From Felis catus (Eukaryota): a stretch of DNA of 64,000 nucleotides. The translations under genes and the position numbers were made by a program. The notes under the pieces were generated by a model that saw only the letters and a list, made by a program, of their open reading frames with translations, was not told the DNA's origin and did no database searches. Where the stretch lies: the NCBI RefSeq assembly GCF_018350175.1, contig NC_058383.1, positions 6,946,001 to 7,010,000 of the forward strand, written 5' to 3'. Shown piece by piece: positions 12,686 to 25,339 of this stretch. Every line of letters begins with the position of its first letter. Positions within the stretch are counted from its first letter, which is position 1.

Positions 12686-13581
12686 CGTTGAGAATTTTTG
12701 CATTCGGGTTCATTAGGAATATTGGCCTGTGATTCCCCTTTTTTGGTGGGGACTTTGTCTGGTTTTGGAATCAAGGAAATGCTGGCTTCAGAGAATGAGT
12801 TGGGGAGTTTTCTTTCCATTTCTATTTTTTGGTACAGTTTGAGAAGAATAAGTATTAACTCTTTTTTCAATGTCAGGTAGAATTCTCCTGGGAAGCCATC
12901 TGGCCCAGGACTTTTGTTTGCTGGGAGATTTTTGATTACTGATTCAATTTCTTTGCTGGTTATAGGTCCGTTCAAATTTTCTATTTCTTCCTGTTTGAGG
13001 TTTGGTAGTATGTGAGTTTCTAGGAATTCATCCATTTCTTCCAGATTGTCCAGTTTGTTGGCCTATAATTTTTCATAGTATTCTCTTCTAAGTGTTTGTG
13101 CTTCTGTGGTGTTGTGATCTCTCCTCTTTAATTCATGATTTTATTTATTTGAGTCCTTTCTCTTTTATTTTTCATAAGTTTGGCTAAGGGTTATCAATTT
13201 TTAATGCAACCCCTATCAAAATAACACTAACATTCTTCACAGAGCTAGAACAAACAAACCTAAAGTTTGTATGGAATAAGAAAAGACCCCAAATATCCAA
13301 AGCAATTCTGAAAAAGGAAAACAAAACTGAAGGCATCGTGATTCTAGATTCCAAGCTATATTACAAAGCTGTAGTCATCAAGACAGTAAGGTACTAGCAC
13401 AAAAACAGAAACATAGATCAATGGAACACAATAGAAAACCCAGAACTGGACACACATTTATATGGTCAACTAATCTTTGACAAAGCAGGAAAGAATATCT
13501 AGTGGAAAAAAGTCACTTAAACAAAAGGTGTTGGGAAAAGTGAATGACAACATGTAGAAGAATAAATCTGGACTGCTTTCT

Positions 13582-13596
13582 TTTTTTTTTTTAAAG

Positions 13597-13639
<43 letters not shown>

Positions 13640-13790
13640 ATGAATGGGGGTGGGGAGACAGAGAGAGAGAGGGAGACAGAGAATCCGAAGCAGGCTCCAT
13701 GCTGTCAGCTCAACTGGGGCTCGAACCCATCCATCATGAGATCATGACCTGAACTGAAGTAGGACATTTAACCAAGTCACCCAGTTCCCC
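13582..13790 (-). mobile_element. CAN-SINE with (GA)n in L1d
   Basis: TSD CTGGACTGCTTTCT (13568) / CTGAACTACTTTCT (13791). Confidence 0.88.
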
Positions 13791-14894
13791 CTGAACTACT
13801 TTCTTACACTGTATACAAAAATAAATTCAAAATAGATGAAAGGCCTAAATGTGAAACAGGAAACCATCAAAGTCCTAGAGGAGAGCATAGCCAGAAACCT
13901 CTTTGACCTTGACTGGAGCAACTTCTTACTAGACACATCACCAAAGGCAAGGAAAACAAAAGCAAAAATGAACTCCTGGGACGTCATCAAGATAAAAAGC
14001 TTCTGCACAGTGAAGGAAGAAATGAACAAAACTAAAAGGCAACCAACAGAATGGGAGAAGATATTTGCAAATGACATATATGATAAAGGGGTAGTATCCA
14101 CAATTTATAAGAAACATCAACACCAAAAAAAAAAAAAAACCCCAAACAACCCAGTTAAGAAATGGGCAGAAGACATGAATAGACACTTTTCCAAAGAAGA
14201 TATCCAGATGGTTAACAGACACATGAAAAGATGCTCGATATCACCCATCATCAGGGAACTACAAATCAAAATTACAATGAGATACCACCTCAAAACATGT
14301 CAGAATGGCTAAAATTAACAACACAAGAAGCAACAGGTGTTGGCAAGGATGCAGAGATAAGGAATCTTCTTGCACTGCTGGTAGGAATGCAAACTGGTGC
14401 AACCACTCTGGGGAACAGTATGGAGGTCCTCAAAAAACTAAAAGTAGAGCTACCCTATGATCCAGCAATTGTATTATAGTATTTGCCCAAAGGTTAATAA
14501 AATACAGATTCAAAGGGGTACATACACCCCAGTGTTTATAGTAGCATTATCAACAATATCCAAACTATGGAGAAAGCACAAATGTCCACTGACTGATGAA
14601 TGGATAAAGAAGAAGTGTGTGTGCACACACACACACACACACAATGGAAAATTATTCAGCCATCAAAAGAAATGAAATCTTGCCACTTGCAATGATGTGG
14701 ATGGAGCTAGAACATATTATGCTAAGCAAAATAAGTCAGAGAAAGACAAATAACATATGATTTCAGTCATATGTAAAATTTAAGAAACAGAAAAGATAAC
14801 ATAGGGGAAGGGCAGGGAAAAAGAGAAGAGAGGGTAAAAGAAACCACAAGGGACTTAAAAAGTTTTTTTATGTTATTTGTTTTTTTTAATTTAT

Positions 14895-15110
14895 TTAAAA
14901 TTTTTTTTAACATTTTATTTATTTTTGAGACAGGGAGAAACAGAGCATGAACAGGGGAGGGTCAGAGAGAGGGAGACACAGAATCTGAAACAGGGTCCAG
15001 ACTTTGAGCTGTCAGCACAGAGCCTGATGCGGGGCTCGAACTCATGGACCGCGAGATCATGACCTGAGCCGAAGTCGGCCGCTTAACCGACTGAGTCACC
15101 CAGGCGCCCC
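14895..15110 (-). mobile_element. CAN-SINE in the poly(A) tail of L1e
   Basis: Ends CAGGCGCCCC at 15110; flanked by AATTTATTT repeats. Confidence 0.92.
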
Positions 15111-16410
15111 TAAATTTATTTTTTTTAATTTACATCCAAGTTAGTTAACATATAGTCAACAATGATTTCAGGAGTAGATTCCTTAATACCTCTTACCCAT
15201 TTAGCTGATTCCCCCTCCCTCAACCCTCCAGCAACCCTCTGTTTGTCCTCCATATTTAAAGGTCCCTTATGTTTTTGTCCCCCTCCTTGTTTTTATATTA
15301 TTTTTGTTTCCCTTCCTGCATGTTCATCTGTTTTGTCTGTTAAAGTCCTCATATGAGTGAAGTCATATGATATTTGTCTTTCTCTGACTAATTTTGCTTA
15401 GCATAATACCCTCTAGTTCCATCCATGTAGTTGCAAATGGCGAGATTTCATTCTTTTTGATTGCTGAGTAATACTCCATTGTATATATATACCACATTTT
15501 CTTTATCCATTCATCCATCGATGGACATTTGGGCTCTTTCCATACTTTGGAGCACTGCTGTAAACATTGGGGTGCATGTGCCCCTTTGAAACAGCTTACC
15601 TGTATCCCTCGATAAATACCTAGTAGTACAATTGCTGGGTTGTAGGGAAGTTCTCTTTTAATTTTTTGAGGAGCCTCCATACTGTTTTCCAGCGTGGCTG
15701 CACCAGTTTGCATTCCCACCAGCAGTGCAAAAGAGATCCTCTTTCTCCACATCCTTGCCAACATCTGTTGTTGCCTGAGTTGTTAATGTTAGCAATTCTG
15801 ACAGGTGTGGGGTGGTATCTCATTGTGATTGTGATGTGTATTTCCCTAATGATGAGTGATGTTGAGCATTTTTTCATGTGCCAGTTGGCCATCTGGATGT
15901 CTTCTTTGAACCAAGACCATGAATAGCCAAAGCAATCTTGAAAAAGAAAACCAAAGCAAGAGGCATCACAATTCTGGGCTTCAAGCTGTATTACAAAACT
16001 GTAATCATCAAGACAGTATGGTACTGGCACAAAAACAGACACTCAGATCAATGGAACAAACTAGAGAACCCAGAAATGGACCCACAAACATATGGCCAAC
16101 TAATCTTTGACAAAGCAGGAAAGAATATCCAATGGAGTAAAGACAGTCTCTTCACCAAGCAGTGCTGGCAAAACTGTACAGCAGCATGCAGAAGAATGAA
16201 CCTGGACCACTTTCTTACACCTTACACAAAAATACACTCAAAATGGATGAAGAACTAAATCAAGACAGGAAGCCATCAAAATCCTTGAGGAGAAAGCAGG
16301 CAAAAACCTCTTTGACCTTGGCCACAGCAACTTCTTACTCAACAGGTCTCCAGAGGCAAGGGAAACAAAAGCTAAAATGAACTATTGGTACCTCATCAAA
16401 ATAAAATGTT
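15111..16410 (-). mobile_element. Short LINE-1 'L1e' with a twin-priming-type 5' inversion
   Basis: Minus 3' end with T-tail to ~15910 (ORF 15363..15764), then a plus-strand ORF2 piece ~15911-16410 (ORF 15938..16258). Confidence 0.88.
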
Positions 16411-16461
16411 TCTTAAATATTTATTTATTTTTTATAGAGAGAGAGGGGAGGGAGGGAGGGA

Positions 16462-16513
<52 letters not shown>

Positions 16514-16660
16514 AGGGAAGGGGCAGAGAGAGAGAGGGAGGCACAGAATCCAAAGCAAGCTCCAGGCTCTGAGCTGTCAGCACAGAACCCAACGCAGGGC
16601 TCGTACCCATGAACCCTGAGATCATGACCTGAGCCAACTGACTGAGCTACCCAGGCACTC
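16411..16660 (-). mobile_element. CAN-SINE with long (GA)n, in the L1d 3'UTR
   Basis: SINE body; TSD ACCACAAG(G/A)GACT(C)TTAAA at 14843-14859 and 16662-16680. Confidence 0.88.
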
Positions 16661-16915
16661 TACCACAAGAGACTCTTAAAGATAGAGAATAAACTGAGAG
16701 TTGATGGAGGGAGGTGGGTGGGAGTTGGTCTCGATAGGTGATGATGAGTAATAATAAGAGGGCACTTGTAATGAGCATTGGGTTTTGTATATAAGTTACG
16801 AATCACTGAATTCTACTCCTGAAACTAATATTGCACTGTATTTTAACAAAAATTTAAATTTAGAAAGTTCATAAAAATTTTACAAACTGTAGTTGAGAAG
16901 AAAGAATATAGCATC

Positions 16916-17160
16916 GGGGCGCCTGGGTGGCGCAGTCGGTTAAGCGTCCAACTTCAGCCAGGTCACGATCTCGCGGTCCGTGAGTTCGAGCCTTGCGTCG
17001 GGCTCTGGGCTGATGGCTCAGAGCCTGGAGCCTGTTTCCGATTCTGTGTTTCCCTCTCTCTCTGCCCCTGCCCCGTTCATGCTCTGTCTCTCTCTGTCCC
17101 AAAAAATAAATAAATGTTGAAAAAAAATTTTTTTTAATAAAAAATAAAAAAATAAAAAAA
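16916..17160 (+). mobile_element. Young felid CAN-SINE
   Basis: Perfect 18-bp TSD AAGAAAGAATATAGCATC at 16898-16915 and 17161-17178; absent from the paralogous intron near 58320. Confidence 0.97.
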
Positions 17161-18348
17161 AAGAAAGAATATAGCATCATTGTCAGTCCCAATATGTCAA
17201 GATTATTAATAATGTATGTCCTTGTGGACACTTTTCTATGCATATATAGATTACTAAAAGTTAGGGTGGCATATGTTTTTGAGCTACTTAATGTCACAGT
17301 AAACTATAAGCAACATATTGTATTTGTGTTTGTGATTGTATGCATATATCATAATCATCTTATTCAAGGAAATGGGACTTTTTTCCCTTAACGTTTTTCT
17401 GTCCACTCTAGCTCTCTGAATTCTCCCCCTATGTCCTCACATTCCATGTTTGTAAACCTTGGCCACCGTTTCTGCTACCTGTAGAGCTGAGAGGTTTGGA
17501 GCTTAGAGTCCTCATTCCTGGCAAGAGGAGCAACCTCATGAGGATGGGGGCGCACACAGATCCTGTGCTGTCTGTGGCTGCAGTCTTGTGCTGTCTCCCA
17601 CCTGTCTTGGTATCTGGGGTTCATCCAAAGCAAAGTCATCTGCTCTCTAGCCATCTGAGACATCCTCCTTGGAGGAGGGGTCTTGAGATTTCTCTCTGGG
17701 AATCCAGAGCAGAGTTTGGCTTTGGGCACAGCTTGAATTCTGCAAACAGTTGGTACTTTCCTGTTTATTGTATTGGTGAGAAAAAAATTGGAGTGAACTT
17801 TGTAGGGATCCAGACTTTTAGCCCCTGACTCTAAGCTTCCTGATGACTGAGCCCATGTCTTGTTGCATGGTGTCCCTAGTGCTAGCATTGTGTCTACACT
17901 TAGTACTTGCTGAGAGAAGTCAGAATTGATCAAGTCACCTGTTTTCTGGACCAGAAGACCTGGTGGTTCCCACAAGCTCAGCAGTCCCTGCTCCTGTAGC
18001 TTCTCAAACAGAAACCAGAGACTCCTGGTACTTCTCTGTGATTCACTCAGTCATGATATGAAGTGCTTACCAATGTGTGTCAGGGACTGTGCCAGACAGT
18101 GCCAAATCCACATATTAAAAATGTCTATTATGGAGAATTTTTGGCACATGCACAAGCATATTCTATATACACAATTCTATGAAATACTTTCAATATATCT
18201 ATATGTGCCCATCACCTGCCCAACAACCACTAACCCATATCAGTTGCCCCAACCACATGCCATTACAATTCCTCATGTTATGCCGTATTACTTCAAGGCA
18301 CATCATCTGTAAGTATTCCAGAATGTTCTCCATAATATAAGGACTTTA

Positions 18349-18578
18349 TTCATTCATTTAAAAAATATATTTATTTATTTGAGAGAGAGAGAGAAGAGCA
18401 AGCACAAGCGGGGAGGGGCAGAAGGAGATGGAGAGAGAGAGAGAGACAGAATCCCAAGCAGCCTCTGCGATGTCAGTGCAGAGCCCAAGGTGGGACTGGA
18501 ATTCACAAACCGTGAGATCATGAGCTGAGCCGAAATCAAGAGTTGGATGTTTAACCAACTGAGCCACTCAGCTGCCCC
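18349..18578 (-). mobile_element. CAN-SINE
   Basis: 17-bp TSD ATAATATAAGGACTTTA at 18332-18348 and 18580-18596. Confidence 0.95.
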
Positions 18579-19297
18579 AATAATATAAGGACTTTAAAAA
18601 AAATACTACTGACAATGTCATTATCACTTTCCCCAAATCCACATTTTCCTTTAATATAATCAAATATTGAGGAATCAGTTTTGAATAAAACATAGGACTA
18701 ACCTTCAGGAACTTTTAGACTTATGAGACAGGTGACCAAGAATTCAGCGATTATACTGATTATACACATTAGTGAATATGATTACAGTGGAGCAGCATCG
18801 TGTGCTCATGCAAATCTTCTGACCAACTGGCCTGTCTTAGTGGTTGGGGGATTCAAGGTGGGACGAGAGGGAAGAGAAGGGAAAAATAACAATCTAAATC
18901 ATGGGAGGCATTTCTCCTGCTTCTTTCTTCCATGAGCACATGACCAACATAAGTCAGTGGAGGCAGGAACCTACCTTTCCTTCAGTCAGTCTCATTGCCT
19001 GCTTGCCTTTCAGACTGTGAACACCTCCCCATGCTGACTGTAATTCTAGTGTTTACGATAACTCTTCCCTTCAACAACATTCATCTCATCTCCTCAACAA
19101 GACTGACTGCTCCCATAGGGTAGGGGAATGCAGAGGATATGTAGCTTACAGTTGTCACCGCAGAATAAGCATGGCAGGATTTCAGTGACCAGCCCCCCAA
19201 GAGTGTCCTTTGTAGTCCTGGTTGAGAACCCCACACATGTGGCTCTTGTGGTTTTTATTTTTCACTAACTTGTTTCCAACTCGATTTGTGGAACCAG

Positions 19298-19460
19298 GTT
19301 CAGCAAGAAGAACAAGGACAGCATAAATCCTTATATATACCTGCCTTTTGGAACTGGACCCCGAAACTGCATTGGCATGAGGTTTGCGGTCATGAACATG
19401 AAACTTGCCCTTGTCACACTCCTTCAGAACTTCTCCTTCAAACCTTGTGAAGAAACACAG
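19298..19460 (+). CDS. CYP3A: Cytochrome P450 3A gene A, exon 12 (heme-binding)
   Basis: AG|..|GT, 163 bp; [54 protein letters not shown] contains the FxxGxRxCxG motif. Confidence 0.97.
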
Positions 19461-19520
19461 GTCAGAGAACTTTCCACACAAAGGATGTTTTACTTTTTTT
19501 TTTTTTAAACTAAGAGATAT

Positions 19521-19521
<1 letters not shown>

Positions 19522-19565
<44 letters not shown>
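19522..19565. repeat. (TG)n microsatellite in intron 12; paralogous copy at 60609-60648
   Basis: Direct reading. Confidence 0.95.
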
Positions 19566-19568
<3 letters not shown>

Positions 19569-20632
19569 GGCTCATTTATCCTTATAATTTGTTCCATTGG
19601 CCAGAGAATCTATTTGGAGTCATCTGTGACCTTTAAGGGTCTTTCAGCTCTAAGTGCCACATCTGTGGTTTATTAGTACCCAATAATAAGGGACATCTCA
19701 GGTCAACTATCATGACTGATTATGCACAGACTTTTGAACTTGACAATGTTTTAAATTTATTTCAAATCCCCTGAAAGGAAGGGAAAATATTATGCATAGT
19801 CATGATGTGCAACATGCAACATGCATGCAACATGCAACATGACTTTCGAATGATGCTATTCTCTACCACAACTTACAGATGCTCTCATAACCATGGTTCT
19901 CAACCCCTACTTGTACATTGGAGTCAGTGGGTTCAGGCCATCTCAGAAATTCTTACATAATTCACCCAGAGTGTGGCTTTAAAAGTGTCCCCATTGATTG
20001 TCATGTGCAAGCAAGGTTGAGAATCACTGGTGTGAAGCATGTCTGTCAGATGTGAGGGACTCCCATGGTCCAGACCATTGTGGTTATTTGGCCCCACCTT
20101 CCATGAGCCCTTCTCCAGTCAAAGCTGTGTTCCCTTTCTATTGAAATCTGCTATCATGAATGGATATTTCCACTGGGAGAGATGAGAGGATGTTTAGCAT
20201 TGAGGATGGCAATACAATAAAATGTGTAATGTCCACTCAGGATGACTTTGCAAGCTTCAACATATACAAAATTAACTGTATCACTTTTTAAGTGGTATGC
20301 CATAATGACTAAGAAACTGTTGTAAATTGTAAACACTCATCCTTTTAACCTAAAATTTAAATTAAAAAAGAACACAAACCAACATGAGATTGTGTCCAGC
20401 CTGGTACAGAGTAGACACTCAATAGATATCCTTTTGAATGAATGATGGATGAATGTTTCCACACTCCGGTCTTGACAGCTTACAGAGTAAGTTTAAAGAA
20501 TATGAGAATATGAATTTAAATGTAGTATTTATATGTTTAAATGCTTACTCTCCTTCATGTATCTTGCCTGCTTTGCTTCTATTGTCAATAGAACTTCATT
20601 TTGGTTTTCATATGCTTTTGTAACCGTTGCAG

Positions 20633-20728
20633 ATCCCCCTGAAATTAAATGCTCAAGGTATTATTCAACCAGAAAAACCCATTGTTCTCAAGGTTGAGCT
20701 GAGAGATGGGAGTGTGAGTAGAGCCTGA
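20633..20728 (+). CDS. CYP3A: CYP3A gene A, exon 13 coding part (terminal)
   Basis: Follows [37 protein letters not shown], 96 nt, TGA at 20726-20728. Confidence 0.96.
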   Translation: MPLKLNAQGIIQPEKPIVLKVELRDGSVSRA

Positions 20729-20998
20729 CTTTCCCTAAGAACTTCCCCTTTGTTCTTCAAGAACCTGTATCCCAGAACACCAGAGACTTCAATTTACTTT
20801 GTGAGTACAACCCAGAAATGAAGATGGGCTTCACGTACTGCTTGTGATGGATGACGAGGGATTCCAAGCTTTCCTGGTATCTGCATGGAGCATTATATGT
20901 TGTGGAATGTGAGGAAGGTGACTAATAAGTGCCAGACACATAGACTCAGCCTATCCGGTCCCAATTAGTACCATCTATTCCCCTGAGAACTGATCGAT

Positions 20999-21004
20999 AA
21001 TAAA
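20999..21004 (+). terminator. Candidate polyadenylation signal of gene A
   Basis: AATAAA ~270 nt after the stop codon, with ATTAAA ~20 nt further on; usage not provable from sequence. Confidence 0.45.
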
Positions 21005-22869
21005 AATTTCTCACCAGTTATATTAAAAAACTTTAATGAAACAATAATTTTTGTGGTGACCATAATAGTGACATTCATATCACACATCTTATTTTGAATA
21101 TTATACATTAACTATTACACTGAGTGTGTCAATCAACATCTCTTTACCAACGTATTAACTGATGTCTTCCTGCACATTAAGGGGGAATCCATAGAACTGA
21201 TGAGCGAGGGTCAATGACTGGATGTTTTTGACCATCACAGTCACTAGGTGGGTGGGGCTTGTTCAGAAGTCCAACATGTTATGTTAAGGTAGGTGAGAGT
21301 CAATACACTGTTACTTTGCCCACTTCTCAGAAAGTTTAATTCTTCTGGTTTTGGAGCACATATTTTTTTTTATAACACTCAATTGAGGCAGTTTTTATTA
21401 CTAGTTTTGATATAATGTTTTCATCTCATCTTCCCTGGTGTTTTGCCAGACAGGGAACATGCTTTTTCTTTGTGACCTAACCTCAGCCCCCTACTGTACT
21501 AATACAATGAACATCAAATAAGAGATGGTTGATTGGTCAGTGGATTGGGCAGAAAAGCTAAAAGCATTTGTCCAATTCAGTTGGTAAGAGAAGCTGCACA
21601 GGATTCTTCCTTTTTCCCCCATTTACTCCCTTCCCCTTCTTTCCTTTCTCCTCTCTTCCCTTCCATTTCCTTTCCTTCCTGGATAATTTAGTTTTAAACT
21701 AATAGGTGGTACACAGCCAGGTGGGCATCCCTACCTTGGGGCTCCAGGGCAGAAAAAGGAGTCACAATGACTCAAAGACAGAGACAGAGTAGGGACAGGA
21801 GTATGTCCACATATGGAAGTAGCCTGGCATGAATGTGGGAGCCCAAGCTTAGTGAGAAGAGTGTCCACACAGAGGGGCTGGTCTTGTGAGAGCCACCACA
21901 TCCTAAATATGGATGGGCAACACAAGGAGTATGAGGAGGGGATGTTAAGTGATGGAGTGGGGATTAGTTACATAAAGGGGAACTGATAAAAGTGAATATA
22001 TTAGGGATAAATGGAAGCCAGGTTTATCACTGTTGGAGAAGGGAGTCACTGATGGAAAGGGAGAAAACAGGAATGAGATTATGTATTCAGAGATTAGAAC
22101 TGAGTATATCAGTGAAAAAATCCTGCTTTTCTAGAGAGGTAGATGATAGGTAGGTTGACTTAAAGATAAATAGATGTGTGTACGTAGGTGAAAACACATA
22201 TCCCCTACCTTTCTCCACAGACAGTTCTTAGAAACAGTGACACTGTAAAGGCAATGAGCACAACTTGTGCTCAAATCTTGGCTTATTAACATCATTTTCC
22301 ACTGAAAGCAACTAGGGCTTTTCAAAGAAATGGCTGATCCAGGCTGGTGGAGCACATGATGAGCCTGGAGCATCTTGTCCTGAACAGTGATGGGGACACA
22401 TCCAAAGGACACAGCCCAAGAGGTTTTATGGGCCCATCAGGCATGATTTGGGCATCATGATAACTAAGGATGGGAAGCGATTATGACCCATTGAATAAAA
22501 CAGGAAAACACAATTACCCACAAGTATAATAAATACAGGTTTGATTATAATTGATGAGGACACTGACACATTTTCAAAGTACTACCACTCAAACACCCAT
22601 GAGCTGCCAGAGGAAAGAGCAGCTCACAGAGAGAGACCTGGGAAATGAATGAGTGTCATCAGGGAAAGGAGGAAGTGACGGTGTGTCACTTAATAGGACT
22701 TGGTGAAAAGAACTGAGCATCACCTCTGGGGTATTCTTGCTGAGGAGGAAAACCTGAAAGAAATCCTGAAAAAAAGTCAGACAAACCTGACAGAGGAATA
22801 CCTACTCCTAATCTGTACTTGGTGTGTAATCTTCAACAAAACCAAGGTCATGAAAGTGATTAAAAAAGA

Positions 22870-23240
22870 AGAAACAAGCCCAGAGTGGAGTCGCCTGCCT
22901 GCAAATTCCACCTCACAGCAAACCAAGACTAATGACACTTTCAACCTATCCCAGGAAGGTGACCTTTTACCAGTCTGGCTGAAATTTCCTCATGAGTTGT
23001 CTCAAGATACAAACCCTGCAGGTCCTTCCCTCAGAGATGGGGTCCTGGCCTGAAACAATCATTGCTTTTCCTTCTAAGTACTTCCTGCCCCACCCTTCTT
23101 CCTCTAAAACCCTGCATCTTGTACACCTCCTGGGAGCATCTGTCTCCCTGTCAGGTGGGATGCTGCCAATTCATGAATTGCTTAATAAAGCCAATAATAT
23201 CTTCAACTTGACTTGCTGGAATTTTGTTTTTCAATAAAAA
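22870..23240 (+). mobile_element. Probable solo ERV LTR within old L1 debris
   Basis: LTR-like layout: CT-rich stretch, CTCTAAAA box, GCTTAATAAAGCC poly(A) signal near the 3' end; termini degraded. Confidence 0.5.
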
Positions 23241-25114
23241 TCAGAGACACACTAAGGAAGTGTTCCAGACTGAACTACAGAAACCAAAGAGGAGTGACAT
23301 GGAAACTCCAGTGCGTGGATTGGGTCCTTCAGCTGTAAAGAACATTGTGGGGACAATTGGGGGAATTGAGGGCTATGATGAATATATGGCAGTAATGTGT
23401 CAGTGTCCATGCCCTGACTTTGGTGGAAAATGTCTTCTAGGAATTACAGATTATGAAATATCAGGTCAGCATTTACTCTGAGATTGATCAGGAACATAGT
23501 TCTTGGAACAGACTCTTCTGGAAGCTTGTGATTGTTCTTGGGAGAAGTGGTTCAGAACAACTGTGAATCTACACAGCTCTCCCCTTCCCTTGCCTTCATC
23601 TGACTTGTATTATTTACTACAAGGAGGCAGCACCACACAGTGATTGAGAGACGAGGATCTCTGAAACTGGAATTCCTGAGTTTTGAATCCCAGCTCATCA
23701 GGACTGAGTCTTGATGAATCAATGGCTTTGGGTAAATGAGGAAAAGGTGCCACTTTTACATAGCTGGGCCCTTAGGGCTTGGGCTGCCTTTCAGCACCTG
23801 TATGTCCCTCAGCGAATACTACTGTGCACAAATTAGTTCAGGTTTAGTCATTGTCTCAGGTTGGGTTCCCTAAAAGCAGAGCCTGAGATGGTGGCTCTGA
23901 AGCAAATGTTTTACTTAGGGAGTGATCTCGGGGGAAAGGATTGAGGGGAGTGGGGTAGAGCAGGAGGAAAAGCTGAGTGGGTGTGGTCTTGGGGGAGCCT
24001 GATCTCATGATGAGCCCTGGGGCAGGAATTGTATTATAGAGCGAATGTCACTTTGAGACAGGAGATGGCATCTTGTACCCCATTGGTTGGTATTGGACTG
24101 GGGCACTAATTCCCAGGTGAAATGGCTTCAGTTTGGCCAAGAGCGAGTCCCTGAGAATGGGACAACTGTGAGCTAATAAGAGCCAGTACTCTCAGCCTTT
24201 GGGGAGTGAGTATGCTGCCCAGTGACAGAATTTGGCACCTTCCTCCTCTAAAGACACTTACAGGTGGTGCCTTGAACTAATTACTTAACACCTTACTGCC
24301 TTGATACTTAGAGCCTCAGATTGTATAAAATAGGAGAATAATGTCAGTGCCTATCAGAAGTGATGATGGAATCAGATGATGTGTATATGTGAAGTACTTA
24401 GGACACAGACCAGGGAGCACATAGTGAGCACATAATCAATGTCAGCTATTACCTTCATGGCTGTATTATCTTCAGTCCTCAGGAGGCCATGTCAGTTGTG
24501 ACATTTGGGCTCCAGCCTTGTCAACTCCAGCTTCCATCTGCCATTTTAGAAAGTAATCACATACATCTTTCAGAGAGCTTTAACTATGAAGTTAATGGTG
24601 TATCAGCAGATGCTGTTCAGGAATTTTCCAAAGAGCAATAGCAATATCCCCATTCTAGAAGTGCCTTTGTCATGTGAAAATTAGTCATGTGACCCCCACT
24701 GAAATGGAGTGGGGAGGTTTGGCAGGGGGCACTGTCACACCCTACCACTCAGACCCAATGGGAAGAGATAGACTTGACCTTGCACTACTTTACTATCCCA
24801 GCTGCAGGAAGAAGGGCTTTCCTTGTCACCACAACCCAGAACCCCTTCTCCCCAACAAGAGCTCTGCCATGAGAAGCCACCACACTTCAAACTCCAAGGT
24901 TATTCCGTGAATTTTAGTTTATAACCCCCTTACCAGCCTCCCCTTTTCTCCTGGAAAAAAATAAACAAATACCCCCCCCCCAAAAAAACCCATAACTCCC
25001 TTTGTTCTTTAGACTTGGCTATCTATGGTTTTGCTGAGCTTGTTTGTCCTGGATTGCAATTCTCTTTTTTTCCTGAATAACTCCCTTTTGGTTGGTAAAA
25101 CAACTGGCAGCTTT

Positions 25115-25322
25115 GGGGCACCTGGGTGGCTCAGTTGGTTGAACATCCAATTTCGGCTCAGGTCATGATCTTGCGGTTTGTGAGTTCGAGCCCAGCGTCA
25201 GGCTCTTTGCTGACAGCTCAGAGCCTGGAGCCTGCTTCAGATTCTGTGTCTCCGTCTCACTTCCTTTCCCCTGCTCATGCTCTGTCCCTCAACAATAAAT
25301 AAACATTAACAAAAAATTTAAA
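25115..25322 (+). mobile_element. CAN-SINE
   Basis: TSD AAAACAACTGGCAGC at 25097-25111 and 25323-25337. Confidence 0.93.
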
Positions 25323-25339
25323 AAAACAACTGGCAGCAT

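Larger units (their letters stand above)
12686..16865 (+). mobile_element. LINE-1 'L1d' with a 5' inversion: minus arm 12686-13200, plus arm 13201-14859, 3'UTR resuming 16662-16865
   Basis: Minus ORF 12604..13035 ([14 protein letters not shown]) and plus ORF 13836..14312; the 3'UTR is split by nested insertions. Confidence 0.85.

Noticed and set aside
11621..12732. GC-rich block with several ORFs resembling a CpG-island gene
   Set aside because: It is the L1b 5'UTR, ending in the L1 GGAGCCAAGATGGCGG motif.
16916..17000. tRNA-like A/B boxes in SINE heads as tRNA genes
   Set aside because: CAN-SINEs are tRNA-derived; these have SINE bodies, tails and TSDs.
17475..17975. 166-aa minus ORF and overlapping 110-aa plus ORF with similar ORFs in the paralogous intron (58631-59297)
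   Set aside because: The similarity reflects intron duplication; frames are broken differently in gene B and no protein family is recognisable.
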